From NCBI GenBank assembly GCA_963775425.1, contig CAVZJB010000007.1, forward strand, positions 272,613 through 336,612: a DNA stretch of 64,000 nucleotides, given 5' to 3'. Source of the DNA: an uncultured delta proteobacterium. Lineage in GTDB: Bacteria; Myxococcota; UBA727; VGSZ01. Under the pieces are notes generated by a model, which was given only the letters and a program-made list of their open reading frames with translations, had not been told where the DNA came from and did no database searches. Below are positions 8,619 to 18,040 of the stretch, in pieces. Within the stretch, counting starts at the first letter, position 1, and every line of letters starts with the position of its first letter. A program made the position numbers and the translations under genes.

Positions 8619-11600
8619 CTACTCGCCCTCGCCCTCGCCTTCGCCTTCGCCCTCGCCCTCGCCGGCGCTCGGGCCGATCGCGATGCCAGCGAACTGGTCG
8701 ACGTCGCAGGTCTCGGCGTCGAAGGTCGGGTCGAAGTTGTTGAACGCCTGGTTCTGGTTGCCGCAGAGGAAGACGCCGCAGAGCTGGTTGTTGGCGACGT
8801 CACAGCCCTGATCACCCTGGAAGCCGTCGAGGTCCTGGATGAGGTCGTCGATCTGGCCCTCGTCGAGCTGCGGGTTGTTGGCGATCTCGACCACGCCGCG
8901 ATCGCCCTGGGCGTTGTTGCCGCCCTCGCTCTCGAGGTTGGGGTTGGCGTTGCCGACGTTGGTGAGCGCGATGAGGCCGGCGTCGTCGGCCTGGTCCGCG
9001 ACGTCCTGCGTGCCGCCGTCGATGAGGACCGTATCGAGCTTGGGGTTGTTGTCGATGGCCAACGCCAGGCCGATGAACGTCACGCTCTCGAGCCCCTTGA
9101 GCGACTCGAGGTTGGCGTTGTTGCGGATGCGCAGGGCGTCCCCGACCGTCGCGAGGTTCATGCCCACCGCGTTGCCGCCGACGTCGTGGGTGAGGTCGGT
9201 GAGCCCGTCCATCAGCGCCACCTCGAAGCTGCCGCCCACCGCGCCGAGCGCGTCGAGCTTCAGCTCGTCGACGCTGCCGTCGCGGGCGAGGAGGAAGTCG
9301 CCGCCCACGGTCTGCACGCCGTCGAGGCCGTCGACGTTGGCGAGCAGGGCGTCGTCGCTCACGATGAAGTCGCCGGTGCCCTGCGCGATGTCACCGACGG
9401 TGTTGAGGTTGGCGAGCGAGTCCACGTTGACGAGCTTGGGCAGGAACGTGAGCTCGAAGTCGTCGCCGACGCTCTGCAGGTTGTTCAACGTGAGGTTGGC
9501 GAGCTTGGCGTCGCGCGTGAGCACGAGGTCGGCGTCGACGGAGCCGAGCCCGAGCAGGTTGACGGTGACCAGCTCCGGCAGGTCGTGGAAGAACACGGCG
9601 CCGGCGGTGCCGAGGTTGTTGGAGCCGTCGATGGTGTCGAGCTGACCCGACGCCGTGATCTCGAATTTGCCGCCGATGTCCTGCAGCGCGGTGAAGCCCA
9701 CGTCCTGGAGGCTGTCGTTGAACGCGATCAGGACGTCGCCGCCGATGTTGGTGACGTTGTCGAGGTTGAGCGCGCCGAGCTGGTTGTTGCCCGCGTCGAT
9801 GGGAGCGTCGTTGCCGTTCTTGATGGCGCCGATGTTGAGGCTGCCGCCGATGTTGGTGACGTCGAGGCCCTGCAGGTCGTTGAAGTCCTCGGCCACGATG
9901 GTGACGTCGCCGGCCACGGCGCCGAGCTGCCCCGCGAGGGACGACAGGTTGTCGAGGTTGTTGTTGAAGCCCACGGCGAAGCCGCCGGCGCCCAGGGCGT
10001 TGGTGCCCAGGCCGTTGAAGGAGTCGAAGTTGTTGTTGCCGCCGGCCTTGAAGTTGCCGTTCTTGTCGATGCTGAGGCCGACGACGAGGCCGCCGAGGGT
10101 GGTGACGCTCTGGAAGCCGTCGAGGTCGTTGAGGTCGCTGTCGTGCATGATCAGCCGGCCGTTGACCGTGGTGAGCGCGTCGGCGAGACGCATGCTGCCC
10201 GTGTCCGAGAACGCCACGATCACGTCCTTGCCGACGGTGGTGAGCGCGGGCAGCGAGTCGTTGCCCGCGTTTTGCGGGTCGAGGTCCACGGTGACGCGCG
10301 GGTCGAAGGCCTGATCGTCGGCGGTGTCGAAAAGGCCGTCGGGGCCGGCGGCGAACAGCGTGTCGAGCACCTGGTCGTCGTTGCCGAAGATCTCGCCGAT
10401 GGAGAAGGTGCCGCCGATGGTTGCGAGCGCGTCCGCGCCCTTGAAGTCGTCGAGGTTGCTGCCGAGGATGACGAGGTCGCCGCCGATGGCGGGCAGCGCG
10501 TCGAGCCCCTGGAAGTCCTTGAGCTTGTCGTTGAAGCCGAGCACCAGGCTGCCGGTGAGCGTGGTGAGGTTGTTCAAGCCCTGGAGGTCCTCGAGGTTCT
10601 TGTTGCCCGCGGGGCGCGGCTCTTTGAACGCGTCGAAGAACACGCCGACGAAGAGCGAGCCGTTGAGGGTCTGGAGGCCGTCGTTCTGGCCGTCGTTGCC
10701 GCCGTCGCCCTCGAGGCCCGAGAGGTCCTGCAGCGAGTCGTTGCCGGCGATGAAGATGTTCCCCGTGAGCTCCGGCATGTCGTCGAGGCCGGCCAGGGTG
10801 GTCATGGCGGGGTTGAAGCCGATGAAGATGTCACCGTTGGTGACGGTGGTGAGGTTGTCGAGGCCGGTGAGGTCCTGCAGCCCGGCGTTGCCCGCGGGGA
10901 TGATGTTGTTGTCGTCGTCGAAGTCGATGCCGATGGCGAGCGCCTGCGCCGCCTTGCCGTCGTTGTCGATCTTGTCGAGGGTCTCGAGGCCGGTGAAGTC
11001 CGTGAGCGAGTCGTTGCCGAACACCCGCACGAAGCCGAAGATCTCGTCGAGCTGCGTGAAGCCGGCAAAGCCCGTGAACGCCGGGTTGTTGCCGACGATC
11101 AGGTTGCCCGCGTTGTCGGCCTTGCCCGCGAAGCGCGCGTCGTCGCGGATGCGCTCGAGGGCGGGGAAGGTGAGGTTCGACAGGGCGGCGTTGTCGAGCA
11201 CCGTGATGTCACCGGTGGCCTCGACGACCGCCGGGAACGTGGCCGCGGTGAGGGCGGGGTTGCCGATGATGCCGATGCCGTAGGCGGCGTTTTGGAGGTT
11301 CGGCAGCTCCACCGTGGTGAGCGCGCTGTTGTTGAAGATGAGCAGGTAGCCCTGATCGATCTGCGTGAGCGCGGACAGCGGCGAGAGGTCGACGATGTCG
11401 TCGGAGTTCAGGATGGTGACGTTGCCGACGATGGTCTTGCAGTTCGCCGCCTGCTCGAGCTCCACCTGGTTGGTGATGTTGACGTCGCCCTCGGTGTCCT
11501 GGGCGCCGGCGCACAGGGGGACGCCGACGTTGGCCGGGGCGCCGTTGTCCACCACGGTGTCGGCGATCTGGTCGGTGACGAAGCCCGCTCCCTGGCAATC

Positions 11601-11672
11601 CAACGGATTGCAGCCGAAGCCGAACAGGGTGAGGACGAGGACGAACGCGAAGGCAAGCAGGTGACGGCGCAT
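8619..11672 (-). CDS. Large acidic receptor-L-domain/leucine-rich-repeat lipoprotein with C-terminal Gly-Glu tail
   Basis: Lipobox FGFGC; many LxxLxGLxxLxxVxGxLxIxxN repeats; ends in (GE)7. Confidence 0.85.
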   Translation of the reverse strand: MRRHLLAFAFVLVLTLFGFGCNPLDCQGAGFVTDQIADTVVDNGAPANVGVPLCAGAQDTEGDVNITNQVELEQAANCKTIVGNVTILNSDDIVDLSPLSALTQIDQGYLLIFNNSALTTVELPNLQNAAYGIGIIGNPALTAATFPAVVEATGDITVLDNAALSNLTFPALERIRDDARFAGKADNAGNLIVGNNPAFTGFAGFTQLDEIFGFVRVFGNDSLTDFTGLETLDKIDNDGKAAQALAIGIDFDDDNNIIPAGNAGLQDLTGLDNLTTVTNGDIFIGFNPAMTTLAGLDDMPELTGNIFIAGNDSLQDLSGLEGDGGNDGQNDGLQTLNGSLFVGVFFDAFKEPRPAGNKNLEDLQGLNNLTTLTGSLVLGFNDKLKDFQGLDALPAIGGDLVILGSNLDDFKGADALATIGGTFSIGEIFGNDDQVLDTLFAAGPDGLFDTADDQAFDPRVTVDLDPQNAGNDSLPALTTVGKDVIVAFSDTGSMRLADALTTVNGRLIMHDSDLNDLDGFQSVTTLGGLVVGLSIDKNGNFKAGGNNNFDSFNGLGTNALGAGGFAVGFNNNLDNLSSLAGQLGAVAGDVTIVAEDFNDLQGLDVTNIGGSLNIGAIKNGNDAPIDAGNNQLGALNLDNVTNIGGDVLIAFNDSLQDVGFTALQDIGGKFEITASGQLDTIDGSNNLGTAGAVFFHDLPELVTVNLLGLGSVDADLVLTRDAKLANLTLNNLQSVGDDFELTFLPKLVNVDSLANLNTVGDIAQGTGDFIVSDDALLANVDGLDGVQTVGGDFLLARDGSVDELKLDALGAVGGSFEVALMDGLTDLTHDVGGNAVGMNLATVGDALRIRNNANLESLKGLESVTFIGLALAIDNNPKLDTVLIDGGTQDVADQADDAGLIALTNVGNANPNLESEGGNNAQGDRGVVEIANNPQLDEGQIDDLIQDLDGFQGDQGCDVANNQLCGVFLCGNQNQAFNNFDPTFDAETCDVDQFAGIAIGPSAGEGEGEGEGEGEGE

Positions 11673-11706
11673 GGGGGACCCTCTGGGGGGCCCGAATGTA
11701 GCACGC

Positions 11707-12684
11707 TCACGAGCTCGCGAGGACGTACGAAAAGACCAAGGGCGCGACGATGGTGGCGTCGGACTCGATGATGAATTTCGGGCCCTTGGCCTCGAGCTTG
11801 CCCCAGGTGATCTTCTCGTTGGGGACGGCGCCCGAGTAGCTGCCGTACGACGTGGTGCTGTCCGAGATCTGGCAGAAGTAGGCCCACTTCTTGACCTCCT
11901 TCTTGAGGTCCTGCGTGAGCATGGGCACGACGCAGATGGGGAAATCTCCCGCGATGCCGCCGCCGATCTGGAAGAAGCCGATGTCGCACTTCTTCTGCTC
12001 CTCGGCGTACCAGCCCGCGAGGAACTGGAGGTACTCGAGGCCGGACTTCATGGGGGCGTAGCTCTTGAGCGTGCCCTGCATCTGGGCCGCCACGAACATG
12101 TTGCCGTTGGTGCTGTCCTCCCAGCCCGGCACGATGATGGGCAGGTTCTTCTCGGCGGCCGCGAGCAGCCACGAGTTCTTGGGATCGATCTGGTACTCGA
12201 GCTTCTTGGTGCGCAGGAGCTGGTAGAAGTACTCGTGCGGGAAGTAGCGCTTCCCCTCCTTCTCCGCGATCTGCCACAGCTCGATCATGTGCCGCTCGAT
12301 CTTCCGCATCGCCTCTTCCTCGGGGATGCAGGTGTCGGTGACGCGGTTGAGGCCCTCCTTGAGGAGCGCCACCTCCTCCTCCGCGGTCAGCGAGCGGTAG
12401 TGGGGAACGCGCTTGTACTCGTCGTGGGCGACCAGGTTGTAGACGTCCTCTTCGAGGTTGGCGCCGGTACAGCAGATGGCGGAGACCTTGTCCCGGCGGA
12501 TCATCTCGGCGAGCGACAGGCCGAGCTCGGCGGTGCTCATGGCGCCGGCCATGGTGAAGAACATCTTCCCGCCGCGTTTCAGCAGCTCGATCCACGCCTC
12601 GGCCGCATCGACGACGACCGCGGCGTTGAAGTGCCGGTAGTTGTGCTTGATGAAGTCGCGGATGTTCTCGTGGGTGTACGCCAT
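11707..12684 (-). CDS. Deoxyhypusine synthase-like protein (likely homospermidine synthase role)
   Basis: MAGAMSTA, TGANLEED, IGGGIAGDF, GSYSGAVPNEKITWGK with the conserved Lys. Confidence 0.9.
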   Translation of the reverse strand: MAYTHENIRDFIKHNYRHFNAAVVVDAAEAWIELLKRGGKMFFTMAGAMSTAELGLSLAEMIRRDKVSAICCTGANLEEDVYNLVAHDEYKRVPHYRSLTAEEEVALLKEGLNRVTDTCIPEEEAMRKIERHMIELWQIAEKEGKRYFPHEYFYQLLRTKKLEYQIDPKNSWLLAAAEKNLPIIVPGWEDSTNGNMFVAAQMQGTLKSYAPMKSGLEYLQFLAGWYAEEQKKCDIGFFQIGGGIAGDFPICVVPMLTQDLKKEVKKWAYFCQISDSTTSYGSYSGAVPNEKITWGKLEAKGPKFIIESDATIVAPLVFSYVLASS

Positions 12685-12693
12685 CCGCGCGGA

Positions 12694-13533
12694 TTACAAG
12701 CCGAGCGCGCGTAGATCAAGACGGCCGTCCGTGAGCGGCGGGCAGAAGTAGTAGCCGCCGCTGACCGGGCGGGAGAAGGAAAAAAGCCCATCGACGATGC
12801 CGTCGTCGATGCCCGACATGCGGCTGAGCATCTTCTCGAAGCGGGCGAGGCTCTCCACGTACGCGAGGAAGTACAGCCCGTGCTCCTTCACGCCGCCCCA
12901 GGGCATGGAGCGGCGCACCATGAACGCCGGCGGGTCGTAGCTCTCCTGCGCCGCGCGCTTCACGTGCGCCGACGGCGGCGCGTCCGCGAGCTCCTCGTCG
13001 TCCTCGAGGCGGCGGCCGATGACGTGATCGCGGGCCATCTCCGTCATGCGATCGAGCGCACTCAGGTCGTGCACCCACTTCTGCACGGCGCAGAAGCTGC
13101 CGCCGTCGAGGGCGCCGCGGCCGCTCACGACGGCGGCGTCGGTGGCGGCGTCGCCGTGGGGGTTCTCGGTGCCGTCGACGAAGCCGGAGAGGTCGCGGCC
13201 GCCGAGGTAGCTGAAGCCGTCCACCTCCTCCACCAGCTCGAAGGTCCCGCGCAACGTCCGCGCGAGGCGCATGCCGGCCTCGAGCTGCGCGCCCTTCTCC
13301 GCATGCGCGGTGCTTGCCCACAGCGCGTGCTGCGTCGAAGCGAAGAGCGGGAAGTGCGAAGGGAACGGCTTGAGCCCCTCGACGCGGGCGGCGGGGGCAC
13401 CCACACCGAGGATGATGTCGTTGTCCCACGGCTTCTGTGAGAGCGCCCTCAAGCCTTCGGCGGGATCGCCGATGAGATCGAAATGAAGGAAGCGCGCGGA
13501 GGGACGAACGGGCTCGAGGACGAGGGGCTGCAT
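12694..13533 (-). CDS. Dye-decolourising (DyP) peroxidase, YfeX-like
   Basis: RDLSGFVDGTENP (GxxDG), AHVKR (proximal His), MVRRSMPW, GGYYFCP. Confidence 0.92.
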   Translation of the reverse strand: MQPLVLEPVRPSARFLHFDLIGDPAEGLRALSQKPWDNDIILGVGAPAARVEGLKPFPSHFPLFASTQHALWASTAHAEKGAQLEAGMRLARTLRGTFELVEEVDGFSYLGGRDLSGFVDGTENPHGDAATDAAVVSGRGALDGGSFCAVQKWVHDLSALDRMTEMARDHVIGRRLEDDEELADAPPSAHVKRAAQESYDPPAFMVRRSMPWGGVKEHGLYFLAYVESLARFEKMLSRMSGIDDGIVDGLFSFSRPVSGGYYFCPPLTDGRLDLRALGL

Positions 13534-13804
13534 GGCCAACGTCAATATCTCTCGCACCGGTGCGACTCAAGCAGGCGCGTGCGCACCGTGTCGTCTTCGA
13601 TGCGTGTTCGGACGACATCGCTGACACGCATGTTTCGTCGATCTGACACGTCGTGTCTCACGACCGACGGAAACTCGGGGCGCAACTGGACTCGATGTTA
13701 GCGTGATTGAACAGAGAGCTCGTTGAGCGAAGGAACAGTCGACGTGACGTCGACGCACTCGACGAGGCGGGCGGGACCGGGAACGCTCGCAGGAGGATGG
13801 GGAG

Positions 13805-14386
13805 ATGATCAGAGCGATTCTTGCCGGGTCGGTAATTGCCTTGTCGACTGGCTGCCTCGTCGATCGGCCCTACGACCGATCACTCGACGACAACGCCGGA
13901 AACCCCGACGCCACGTCGACGTCCTATCGCCCCGTGCGCTCTGCCGTCGACGGCAGTTTGCAGGGCCAAGTCGGACCGCTGAGCGGCCTCGACCATGATG
14001 CGAGCCTTCTTTCCGCCTATGACGATGGCTACTACCTGAGCGTCGAGACCGTGGTGCAGTTGCAAGACCGCGCGGTGATGACGCTCCTCTCGGTGAGCAA
14101 CGGCGCGGACATCTTCCAGCCCGGACTCGACGCGACGTTCACACTCGACAACTACGACACCGACGGCGTTCAGGTCACGATGCTCGGCTGCGTCGGACAG
14201 GACGTCGGCGTCTACGACGAATACGACATGCCCGCCGACGAGGTGCACGTCTCGGTGACACCCGGCCAGGACGACAGCGAGATGGGAGTGTCGCTGCAGG
14301 CCCGCTGGTACGACCGCGACGCACAGACCGGCGAGCGTTTGGCGACCTCGAAGAACGCGAGCACCGAATTCACGTTGCTCCGCTAG
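13805..14386 (+). CDS. Hypothetical lipoprotein
   Basis: Lipobox LSTGC; purine-rich SD-like upstream region; acidic beta-rich body; terminator downstream. Confidence 0.75.
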   Translation: MIRAILAGSVIALSTGCLVDRPYDRSLDDNAGNPDATSTSYRPVRSAVDGSLQGQVGPLSGLDHDASLLSAYDDGYYLSVETVVQLQDRAVMTLLSVSNGADIFQPGLDATFTLDNYDTDGVQVTMLGCVGQDVGVYDEYDMPADEVHVSVTPGQDDSEMGVSLQARWYDRDAQTGERLATSKNASTEFTLLR

Positions 14387-14404
14387 TCACGCGTCTCTCC
14401 CCAG

Positions 14405-14440
14405 GAAAACGGCGGCCCCGCGGCCGCCGTTTTCTTTTTT
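14405..14440 (+). terminator. Rho-independent terminator
   Basis: GAAAACGGCGGCC-CCGC-GGCCGCCGTTTTC followed by TTTTTT. Confidence 0.8.
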
Positions 14441-14607
14441 CGCGCTTGGCGCGTTCGGGCCTTCGTCTTGCGCTGATGCGGGGCCGCTCGCGGAGCTCGC
14501 GCTTCCGCGAGAGACGGGCCGTCTTCGCCAGCGGCCGCCTCCGCCGCGCTCCCTTGGGGGGCTTGCGTGGCCCCCGTCGTCGTCGTCCGTCTCGCACGCC
14601 TGGAGAT

Positions 14608-14639
14608 CCGTTGACAGAAGTGTCAACGGTTGGCACGTT
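14608..14639 (+). promoter_or_regulatory. Promoter with palindromic operator over the -35 element of the acyl-CoA dehydrogenase gene
   Basis: CCGTTGACA-GAAG-TGTCAACGG perfect inverted repeat; TTGACA-N17-CACGTT-N6-ATG. Confidence 0.7.
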
Positions 14640-14645
14640 GCGTCA

Positions 14646-16610
14646 ATGAGCGCCTCGAACAACTTCTTCCTCGACAACGACGACCTGCGCTTCCAGCTCT
14701 CCCGGCTCGACTGGGCCACGCTGGTGGAGCTGCAGGAGAGCGCGTTCGACGACGCGGACGCGTTCAAGGATCCGGCGGAGGCGCGGGCGTTCTACGAGGA
14801 CGTGCTGCGCAGCCTCGGTGAGATCGTGGCCAAGGAGATCGCCCCGTTCGAGCGCGAGCTCGACGAGCAGCACCCGGTCTTGCACGACGGCGAGGTCGAG
14901 GTCCCGGCGCGCATGAAGAAGGTCCTGCAGACGCTCCAGGACATGGGCGCGATGTCGATGACGCTGCCGCGCCGCCTGGGCGGCATGAACACGCCCATCA
15001 TCACGTCGAACGTGCTGGTCGAGATGCTCGCTCGTGCGGACGCCAGCGTCGTCGGCGAGGTGGGCTTCCACGGCGGCATCGCGCAGGCCCTGCTCTTCTA
15101 CTCGCTCGAAGAAGGCTCGGTGGAGCACGACGACAAGGGCTACGTCCGAAAGACCCGCTTCGACGACGTCGTGAAGCGCATCGTCGACGAGGGCGAGCAC
15201 GGCGCCATGGTGCTCACCGAGCCCGGCGCCGGCTCCGACCTCGCGCGCTTGAAGGCCAAGGCGGACCTGAAGGCAGACGGCACCTGGCGCGTGACCGGCC
15301 AGAAGATCTTCATCACCGCCGGCCACGGCGACCACCACATCGTCATCGCCCGGTCGGAGGACGAGGCCACCCACCCGGGCTTGAAGGGCCTCTCGCTGTT
15401 CTACGTGCCGCGCTTCGTCGACGCGAACGGCAAGCGCTGCCGCTCCTCGGACGCGGGCGCGCGCAAGAACTTCGAGATCGGCGGCGTCGAGCACAAGATG
15501 GGCCAGCACTCCGCCGTCGCGGCCACCATCCACTACGACGAGTCCATCGCGGAGCTCCTCGGGCAGCGCGGGCACGGCTTCCTCGGGATGCTGCTGTTGA
15601 TGAACAACGCCCGCATCGCCGTCGGCTTCGAAGGCATCGGCACGTGCGAGCTGGCGTACCGCAAGGCCAAGGCGTACGCGGAAGAGCGCGTCACCATGGG
15701 CAAGCCCATCGCGCAGCACGAGATGATCGCCGACGCCCTCGACGAGATGGACGTGATGATCCGCGGCATGCGCGCCATCACGTTCGAGGCCGCGTTCCAC
15801 GAAGAGGTGAGCGCGCGTCTGAAGGTGAACCTCAAGGCGCACGCCCCCGCGTCGGACGCCGAGCGTGCGGACGCGGAGAAGCGCATCCGCCGGCACAAGC
15901 GCAAGGCGCGCCACCTCACGCCGCTCATCAAGTACCTCGCCGGCGAGGAGTGCGTGCGTCAGGCGCGCATGTGCATGCAGATCATGGGCGGCCTCGGCTA
16001 CATCGTCGAGACCGGCGCCGAGAAGATCCTGCGCGACGCGCTGGTCATCCCCGTCTACGAGGGCACCAGCCAGATCCAGGCGCTGATGGCGCTCAAGGAC
16101 AACCTGCAGGCGGCCATGAGGAACCCGGGCCGCTTCCTCTCCGAGATCGCCACGGCGCGGCTCGAGTCTTTGTCCGGCGCCGGCGCCGTCGAGCGCGGCG
16201 AGGCCAAGCTGCGCGCCCATGCGCTCTCCGCGATGCAGACCATCATCACGCGCATCGCCGCCGACAAGCTCGGCGACGTGAAGGGCCGTCCGCTCTCGGA
16301 GTGGAAGTCCGCCTTCATGAAGGACTGGGATCCGGGGCGCGACTTCTCGTTCGGCCTGCTTCACGCCGAGCGGCTCACCAAGCTCCTGTCGTGGGCGGCC
16401 ATCGCCGAGACGCTGCTGCGCCAGGCGCACGACGTGAAGGGCAGCGCCGATTACGACGAGCGCCTCAACCTCGCCTTGCGTTTCGTCGAGCGTTTCGAGC
16501 CGCGGGCCAAGGGCGTGCTCGGCGAGATCGAGGCCACCGGCGGGTCTCTGATCGGGCGCGTGCTCGCGCGGCCCAAGCGCGACCGCGAGCGCGCCAAGGC
16601 CGCGGAGTAG
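14646..16610 (+). CDS. Acyl-CoA dehydrogenase
   Basis: MVLTEPGAGSDL, GQKIFIT, EHKMGQ, MNNARI, QIMGGLGY, PVYEGTSQIQ. Confidence 0.93.
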   Translation: MSASNNFFLDNDDLRFQLSRLDWATLVELQESAFDDADAFKDPAEARAFYEDVLRSLGEIVAKEIAPFERELDEQHPVLHDGEVEVPARMKKVLQTLQDMGAMSMTLPRRLGGMNTPIITSNVLVEMLARADASVVGEVGFHGGIAQALLFYSLEEGSVEHDDKGYVRKTRFDDVVKRIVDEGEHGAMVLTEPGAGSDLARLKAKADLKADGTWRVTGQKIFITAGHGDHHIVIARSEDEATHPGLKGLSLFYVPRFVDANGKRCRSSDAGARKNFEIGGVEHKMGQHSAVAATIHYDESIAELLGQRGHGFLGMLLLMNNARIAVGFEGIGTCELAYRKAKAYAEERVTMGKPIAQHEMIADALDEMDVMIRGMRAITFEAAFHEEVSARLKVNLKAHAPASDAERADAEKRIRRHKRKARHLTPLIKYLAGEECVRQARMCMQIMGGLGYIVETGAEKILRDALVIPVYEGTSQIQALMALKDNLQAAMRNPGRFLSEIATARLESLSGAGAVERGEAKLRAHALSAMQTIITRIAADKLGDVKGRPLSEWKSAFMKDWDPGRDFSFGLLHAERLTKLLSWAAIAETLLRQAHDVKGSADYDERLNLALRFVERFEPRAKGVLGEIEATGGSLIGRVLARPKRDRERAKAAE

Positions 16611-16685
16611 TCCCCGGCAGCGCCGGGGACGCGCTCTTCGCCTCCCCGGGCGGCGCGCTCGGTGCCGTCGGGGTAGGATCAAGCC

Positions 16686-17318
16686 ATGGTCCGCCTGTGC
16701 TTCGTCGCGCTCGCGTTTTTCCTCGCCGTGCCGGCCTCGGCGCAGGACCTCAGCGAGGTGCTCCTCGGCAGAAAGCCCAAGCCGTTCATCGACCCGGCGG
16801 GGTACTGGGCGGCCATCCTGCCCGTGGGCTTCGACTGCGAGGCGAGACCGCGGCACGTGCAGTGCCACAGCAACCGGGGGACCAACGCCATCCTCAGCGT
16901 CGACGTCGTCGATGTCCCCGCCTCCGCCACCGCCGACCTCGCCATGTTGAACCAGATGGACAGGTTCAAGGACAAGCCGCACTTCAAAAAGATCGCCCAG
17001 GGCCGGACCAAGGTCGACGGCACGCCGGCGGTGACGACGTCGTTCTCGTACGACTACCAGGGCAACGTCGAGTACAGCGTGGGCGTGCAGCAGCTCATCA
17101 TGGTGCGCGGCGGCAAGCTCTACCTCATCCACCTCGAGGGGCGGCTCAGCCAGTTCGCCCAGTCGCTCAAGGACTTCGAGCAGCTCCGCCGGAGCTTCAA
17201 GCCCGCGCGGCTCGACGCCGGCGGCAACCCCATCCTCGAGGACCTCAAGCCCAAGTCCCGCGACGACACCGCGGGGCTGCCGGCGGGCGTCAGCGAGGCG
17301 ATGAAGAAACGATACTGA
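16686..17318 (+). CDS. Exported PsbP/DcrB-like alpha/beta protein
   Basis: Signal peptide (ASA-Q); KVDGTPA..QQLIMVRGGKLYLIH..F...RRSFK pattern typical of this fold. Confidence 0.6.
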   Translation: MVRLCFVALAFFLAVPASAQDLSEVLLGRKPKPFIDPAGYWAAILPVGFDCEARPRHVQCHSNRGTNAILSVDVVDVPASATADLAMLNQMDRFKDKPHFKKIAQGRTKVDGTPAVTTSFSYDYQGNVEYSVGVQQLIMVRGGKLYLIHLEGRLSQFAQSLKDFEQLRRSFKPARLDAGGNPILEDLKPKSRDDTAGLPAGVSEAMKKRY

Positions 17319-17450
17319 GCTCGCGTGACGACATCCTCGGCGGCACGACGTTGGTTGGTCGCTGACGACGACGTCGTGCCCCGCCGCGAATGTCTACGTC
17401 GCGCGCCTACGGCCCCTTTCTCGCATCGCGGCGACGGCCGGCGCCGTCGT

Positions 17451-17880
17451 GGGGGACAAGCCCCCGCCCTACGGGGCGTCGACGCAGCCGACGTCAAGCC
17501 CCGCCGGCTCGGGCGTTCGTCGCTGGCAACGACGTCGTCGTCGCCGCACACGTCGACACGGCACGCATCGAGACGTAGGGCGCCCCCTTGTGGGGCGCGT
17601 CGGAGGCACCGGCGACGTGCGCCTGGCTTTCCAACGCGGGGGACAAGCCCCCGCCCTACGGGGCGTCGACGCAGCCGACGTCAAGCCCCGCCGGCTCGGG
17701 CGTTCGTCGCTGGCAACGACGTCGTCGTCGCCGCACACGTCGACACGGCACGCATCGAGACGTAGGGCGCCCCCTTGTGGGGCGCGTCGGAGGCACCGGC
17801 GACGTGCGCCTGGCTTTCCAACGCGGTGGACAAGCCCCCGCCCGCCGGGGCGTCGACGCAGCCGACGTCAAGCCCGCCGG
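17451..17880. repeat. About 2.3 tandem copies of a 187-bp unit containing GTAG-type REP pairs (REPIN/BIME-like)
   Basis: Units start at 17451, 17638 and 17825; GTAGGGCGCCCC-CTTGT-GGGGCGC at 17575 and inverted GTAGGGCGGGGG-CTTGT-CCCCCGC at 17636-17659. Confidence 0.88.
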
Positions 17881-18040
17881 GGCGTCGACGTAGCCGACGT
17901 CGCCGTTGCGCGCCGTGGCGTCGGCGCCGATGGATCACATTGCATCGCGTTTGCGCTCAGCGGCGTGACGAAAGCCTCGGCGGCACATTGAGCGCCTCGG
18001 GTCGGCAGGGGCAATTCGTTCGTGCTACTACGATCGAGCG

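Noticed and set aside
12694-12730. Encapsulin cargo-loading peptide on the DyP
   Set aside because: C-terminus DGRLDLRALGL looks like the ordinary end of this DyP class, with no flexible linker, and no encapsulin gene is in the window
14631-14645. Sigma54 promoter (TGGCACG) before the acyl-CoA dehydrogenase gene
   Set aside because: The -12 TTGC is not at the required spacing; the sigma70-type TTGACA-N17 fit is better
17451-17880. CRISPR array
   Set aside because: Whole 187-bp units are repeated, with no unique spacers and no cas genes
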